Of a stretch of DNA of 64,000 bases, positions 58,743 to 64,000 are shown piece by piece. The first letter of the stretch is position 1; each line of letters begins with the position of its first letter. The stretch covers positions 129,580,001 to 129,644,000 of the forward strand of contig OZ024742.1 in assembly GCA_964016885.1 (NCBI GenBank), written 5' to 3'. This DNA comes from Eledone cirrhosa. Its lineage: Eukaryota. Under the pieces are notes generated by a model. The model had not been told where the DNA came from and ran no database searches. It was given only the letters and a program-made list of their open reading frames with translations. Position numbers and translations under genes: made by a program.

Positions 58743-60848
58743 CACAGGTTCTCAACCCATTTAGGCCAAACGCCCCCTTTTGTCCCTCGAAACGCCCCTA
58801 CCCTATTTTTCCCTTTTTCAATATACTACTGATTTTGATATCAGTAGATTACTAAAAAATTGATTAACAATATTCCAAAGATACTGTAGTGACCTACATT
58901 CCGCGGGCTCACATACATTCTCTGTGTGTGATTTGGCTCAGCTCAGCCAATCAGCGCCAGTAGAAGAGAATGTATCCCTACGCGCCCTGAGGGAGAAATT
59001 CCCCACGAGGATTTGAAGAATCAGCCTCTCGCATCCTGAACGTCGAAGGAATGACACGTACAGTATGTAGCGGTGAGATTTGCACTTTGGCCTGCCGGCC
59101 TGCCTTGGGGCCTGGCACAATGGCACATTCCTTTTGTAATCCTTTTTTATGTTTAACTATGCAAATTAACAAACATTACTTTGTTGCTACAATAAAATAA
59201 ACATACTTTTCATCTCACGAACATTCTTCTTGTTGACGTTATTATCAAGTTACTCGTTTGTCGATATAACATACCATTGCAGGCAGCTGAGAGTATAAAT
59301 ACATTCCTTGAAAGGAAATATATAAATTTCAAAAAAAGGAACATAAATGTTCTTTTTTAAGAATAAGGACCAGTTGAATTTGTTATATTCCCACAAGGCG
59401 ATACCAGCTATTTTGAACATTTATACAAGAGCAACTCTGTCTATCACAAGAGTGGTCTTATCTGGAAGAAAGTGGCAATTATATCATTTCAAAGCTTTCC
59501 AATTTTCCCTTTAATGAAACGGACAGAATAAATGTTGATATCTAACTTGATGTCTCCTCTGCTTTGTGAGCTTAGAGACCACGGAAGAAGGTTTTCATGA
59601 CCACGCGGGAGGGTATATTTATTAGTAAATGGTAAAATATATACAACAAATGAGTAAGTGAATTGTAGTAGATGGTTTCCAGTTCAGTCAGACTGCAACT
59701 ACAAATAAAAAAATTGTTAGTTTGCTTCGTAACAATAGCATATCCAAGTTTTCGGATAAATCAACTTACTTTAACTTTGACCTCATTTCAATGGGACCCT
59801 TGAGCTTCATGGAGTCTAGCTAACTCTTTGACGTGAGGCTGAATTTTCCTAAGATGTAGCCAGAGATCTGCACGTGTAATTACATTGTAACGGTTGCGAG
59901 ACTTACTGTGCAGTCTGGAAACAGCACCAAACCTCCTCTCGACTAAGTATGAGCTTGGAAAAGGCAGAGCAAATCTCTTAGCCTCTGCATGTAAGTGTGG
60001 AAATCAATGCTGAATTTCCTCTTGCATCTCAAAAAGGGGTTCACCTATTTGGGGAAATCTAATTTTGATCATGTCATCTGCTTGAAGTTCAATGAATTCT
60101 TCCTGAAATTTAACGTCCAAATCATCGACGTTAGCTATGAATGGATCTGCTATCCACATTGGGATGTCCATCGACAAAAGGTCGGCAAACCGTTCTCTCA
60201 TGTTGTCTTGTAGCACGGAGGTGAGTGGTATAAATTTTGAGTTGGTCATCGCTTACAATGTTTTGAACATTGGCGACACTAGGAAAATTATAGAATTTCC
60301 GGTCAACAAAGATTCCTTTCGATGACATTCAATTTGGCCAGGAATGTTTTCACAGTATTCCTTGCGTTAAGCAAGGTGATCTTCTTCCTCTGCAAAGCCA
60401 AAATGACGCTATTGCATTTGTCGAAGATGTTGGTGAGGTAGGCGCAGTCTTGCCTCACATCGAGGGTTTTCTTGTACAGTTCTGTGTTGCGTCCTCGCAG
60501 AAACTCAATGGTAGAGTCGAAGAGTTCAAAGAAGTGAGTAAGGCACTTGCCCTTTGAAAGCCACCTCACTTCAGTATGAAGGAGCAACTTGACGAATTCT
60601 TCGTCATTATCTTGGCACAGTTGCTGGAAAATTCGTTCATTGAGGGAATGCCATTTGATAAAATTGATGACATCAATGGCCACCTGCAAGGACTTGCTCA
60701 GCGGCTTGCTGAGTTTCTTCGCAGCCAAGTGTTGTCGATGAATGACACAATGAACAGCAAATACAAATATATTTTCTCTCTTCAGAAGAGTGACGAAGCC
60801 CTTATGTTGGCCGACCATTGCTCTTGCGTCGTCCGTAGCACTGATACA
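58743..60848 (-). mobile_element. hAT (Buster/Charlie-type) DNA transposon, one end missing
   Basis: TIR-like CACAGGTTCTCAACC at 58743, preceded by ATTTAGAT (NNNTANNN target pattern), with a transposase remnant on the minus strand. Confidence 0.8.
59788..60848 (-). pseudogene. hAT transposase remnant (catalytic region to C-terminal dimerisation domain), frameshifted
   Basis: ATDD..AMVG, HCVIHRQHL, LLLHTEVRWLSKG, WIADPF and LPFPSSYLVERRFG motifs, ending QGSH*. Confidence 0.9.
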
Positions 60849-60849
60849 A

Positions 60850-61489
60850 TGTGTGTTGTATGTGGTCCTAGATGTATGTATTACCTGCCTGTGTGTTGTA
60901 TGTAGTCCTAGATGTATGTATTACCTGCTTATGTATTGCATGTTGTCCCAGCTGTATGTATTACCTGCTTGTGTGTTGTATGTGGTCCTAGATGTGTGTA
61001 TTACCTCCTTATGTGTTGTATGTGGTCCTAGATGTGTGTATTACTTGCCTGTATGTTGCATGTTGTCCCAGCTGTATGTATTACCTGCTTGTGTGTTGTA
61101 TGTGGTCCTAGATGTGTGTATTACCTCCTTATGTGTTGTATGTGGTCCTAGATGTATGTATTACCTCTTTATGTGTTGTATGTGGTCCCAGCTGTATGTA
61201 TTCCCTGTTTATGTGTTGTATGTGGTCCTAAATGTATGTATTACCTGCCTATGTGTTGTATGTGGTCCTAGATGTATGAATTACTAGCTTGTGTGTTGTA
61301 TGTGGTCGTAGATGTATGTATTACCTGCCTATGTGTTGTATGTGGTCCTAGATGTGTGTATTACCACCTTATGTTGTATGTGGTCCTAGATGTATGTATT
61401 ACCTGATTGTGTGTTGTATGTGGTCTTAGATGTGTGTATTACCTCCTTATGTGTTGTATGTGGTCCTAGATGTATGTATTACCTGATTG
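60850..61489. repeat. 40-bp minisatellite, about 16 copies
   Basis: Unit TGTGTTGTATGTGGTCCTAGATGTATGTATTACCTGCCTG. The CCCAGCTG variant recurs at 120-bp spacing. Confidence 0.95.
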
Positions 61490-61528
61490 AGCTGATCAGT
61501 AGCGAAACGCACGTCACCAACCAATAAA
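61483..61528 (+). other. Hammerhead ribozyme remnant lacking the 5' strand of helix I
   Basis: CTGATTGA-GCTG-ATCAG-TAGC-GAAA-CGCACG-TC-ACCAACC-AATAAA. Confidence 0.5.
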
Positions 61529-61567
61529 TGTAATGAAGCTTTAACCATTCATCCTTGTATTATTATA

Positions 61568-64000
61568 TCATCATCATTTTACGTCCGCTTTTTCCTGCTT
61601 GCAAGGGTGGGATGGGTCCTATTCAGTATCTCTCCACTTGTCACGGTTTTTCGTCATCTCCTCCGTAAGCTACAATGATCTGAGGTCTACTCTCACCACC
61701 TCCACCAATGTTTTGTGTGGTCTCCCTCTACTGCATCTTCCTTTTACTGGAATTTCTTGGCACATCTTTACCCAGCGGTCATCCTCCATGCGCATCACAT
61801 GTCCATACCATCGCAATCTTCTCTCCCTCACACTACAACTTACCCCTCTTATACACAGTTTCTCTCTCAACTCATCTATGCTTGGTCGTTCACGCACATT
61901 GGCATTGCACATCCAACAGAGCATGCTTGCTTCATTTCTCTCCAACCGTCGCATATCCTCCACAGTTGCTGCCCATGTCTCACTACCATGCAGCATCGCG
62001 CATCTCACACAGGTATCATATAACCGGCCTTTCTTTCACAGGGAGAAACCCTTCTTTGTCAACAGAGGAAGCAACTCCCTAAACTTCTTCCAACCCGTCT
62101 TTATTCTAGATACTATTGCCTCGGAGCACCCCCCCCCCCCTGCTAATCTGATCACCTAGGTACCGGAAGCTATCAACCACTTCTATAGGTCCTACTTGCA
62201 TTTGAAAAATGTGTTTATTACTGTGACTTCTACTGTCAAATTTCCCTGTACATCTACTGCATATGTAGTTTTCACTACCTGTTAGTTTGCCTGCTATCCC
62301 ACTACATCTCTTGTGTACCCAAGATCTGCAATTTGTGTACATTTTATAGAATTTATGCCAGCTCCTTTTCTACATATCAAGCATGGCCATTTCCCTCATG
62401 GAATCAGAGTTTTGTCCTCTTTTCTACTTAACAACACTTTTGTTTAGCTAGGTTCACTCTCAGTCCTCTTGATTCCAACTGCTGTTTCTATAGCCAGAAT
62501 ATATTCTCTAGCTCCTCTACTGATTTTGCTATAAGTACCATATCATCAGCATAGAGAAGTTCTCATAGAGAGCCTGTTTTAAACTCCTCTGTTATGGCTT
62601 GGAGGACTATAATGAACAAGAGCGGGCTGAGGACCGAACCCTGATGTACTCCTACTTGTATCTGGAATTCCTCACTAAACTCCATTCCTACTCTAACTTT
62701 ACTGACAGCACCCCTGTACATAGCTTGCACTGCCCTCACAAGCCATTCCTATACACCTAGTTACCTTAGGGACCACCAGATGACAAATTGGGGTACCCTA
62801 GCAAAGGCCTTCTCTAGGTCAACAAAAGCTAAGTATAGTGGCTTATTCTTCTCTAAGAACCTCTCTTGTAATTGTCTCACTAAGAAGAGGGCATCTGTTG
62901 TACTTTTCTCAGGCACAAAACCAAACTGCATCTCATCTAGTTTGATCCTTTCTCTAATTAGTTGGGCTAGTATTCTTTCTGCCACTTTTATAACGTGATC
63001 CATCAGTTTTATGCCCCTATAATTGTTCCTCTCCAGAGCATCCCCTTTACTTTTGTAGCAACTTATAAGAATACTGCTGCACCAGTCTCAATATAGCTTG
63101 ATTGACGATTCATGCAATCAGTTTATTTCCTACTTCTCCTGATGCCTTTAGCATCTCAGCAACTATCCCCGATGGTCCAGCGGCCTTACCACTTTTCATT
63201 TCCTTAATTGCCTCTTGGACCCTATAGTCGTCAATCTCAATAGCTGGTCCCTCTGTTGAGTCTACCAGGGGCAGTTTCTTTCTCTCCCATTCGTTCTCCA
63301 CATTCATCAGTCTCTCATAATGAGATTTCCAGGCCTGCTTTTTCTGATCATTAGTGACACTAAGTACACCAGCATCATTTTGAACACACTTATCTCCAAC
63401 AACATCCTGATTTGCACTGACACACTGCCTTGCAATGCGGAACACCACACATCTCTGATCTTCCCGTCGCAGAACATTGGCAAACCTCCTACTCTACTCT
63501 CAGCCTCCGTGCTAAGTACACCTGACATCTAGCTTCTCTCTTAGCGGCTTTGTATCGGTCTCTACTCCCACCATTTCCCCAAGTATTCCCTGCTAGTTTT
63601 TTGTCTCTAATGGCCCTATCTACCGTGCTGTTCCACCACCAGGTCACCCTCTGTCTGGTCAGAGTTCTGCTCCAGCCACAAGTTTCTTCAGTAGACTGCA
63701 GTAAGTTGTCACGTAAGAAATTCCAGTTATCATCTATGTCATATGATTCTAAATCGTCTTCTTTTTCGTCATACACATCTTGAAGGACTTTCCTAAATTT
63801 ATATTTTAGTGAAAGGTCTTTTAGCTTCCAGACCTTCCTTTTCCACACTTTCCTGTATGTTTCATTTTGTCTCTTGCTTACTGAGATATTACTAACGACT
63901 AACCTATGCTGGGGGGTGCATTCTTCCCCGGGGTATGCCTTAGTATTTGACACCATCTGTTGTTCCCTAACTAGCAAGAAGTCAATCTTATGTGTTCGCC
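61568..64000 (-). mobile_element. RTE-clade LINE, same subfamily as 42690-45936, continues beyond the window
   Basis: KAYPGEECTPQHRLVV, WWWNSTVD, MQFGFVP, FVDLEKAF and [12 protein letters not shown] motifs with a (CAT)n tail. Long near-identical peptide stretches are shared with the 42.7-kb copy. Confidence 0.95.

Noticed and set aside
60790-61287. 165-aa Cys/Val-rich ORF
   Set aside because: It is a translation of the 40-bp minisatellite.

Overview
Gene-free, repeat-dominated eukaryotic DNA. The SINE and RTE repertoire suggests an octopod cephalopod, but that is inference from recalled families, not a search result. Bases 1-33,153 are one uninterrupted tandem array of a 66-bp pyrimidine-rich satellite (about 500 monomers). 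It contains variant domains, a 4,975-bp internal duplication and a very homogeneous end that stops abruptly. Bases 33,154-64,000 are nested transposable elements: tRNA-derived SINEs, several decayed RTE-clade LINEs, Penelope-like elements (PLEs), a TTAA piggyBac-type MITE, two head-to-tail Helitron-like elements, a Buster-type hAT transposase pseudogene, minisatellites and (TA)n tracts. The most interesting signal is a cluster of type I hammerhead ribozyme folds at the ends of nested, (TA)n-embedded PLEs (35.6-41.6 kb). Two have the canonical core and lie on opposite strands, two more have core variants, and two further remnants lie at 49.7 and 61.5 kb. No host protein-coding gene is supported, and all long ORFs in 1-33 kb are by-products of the repeat.
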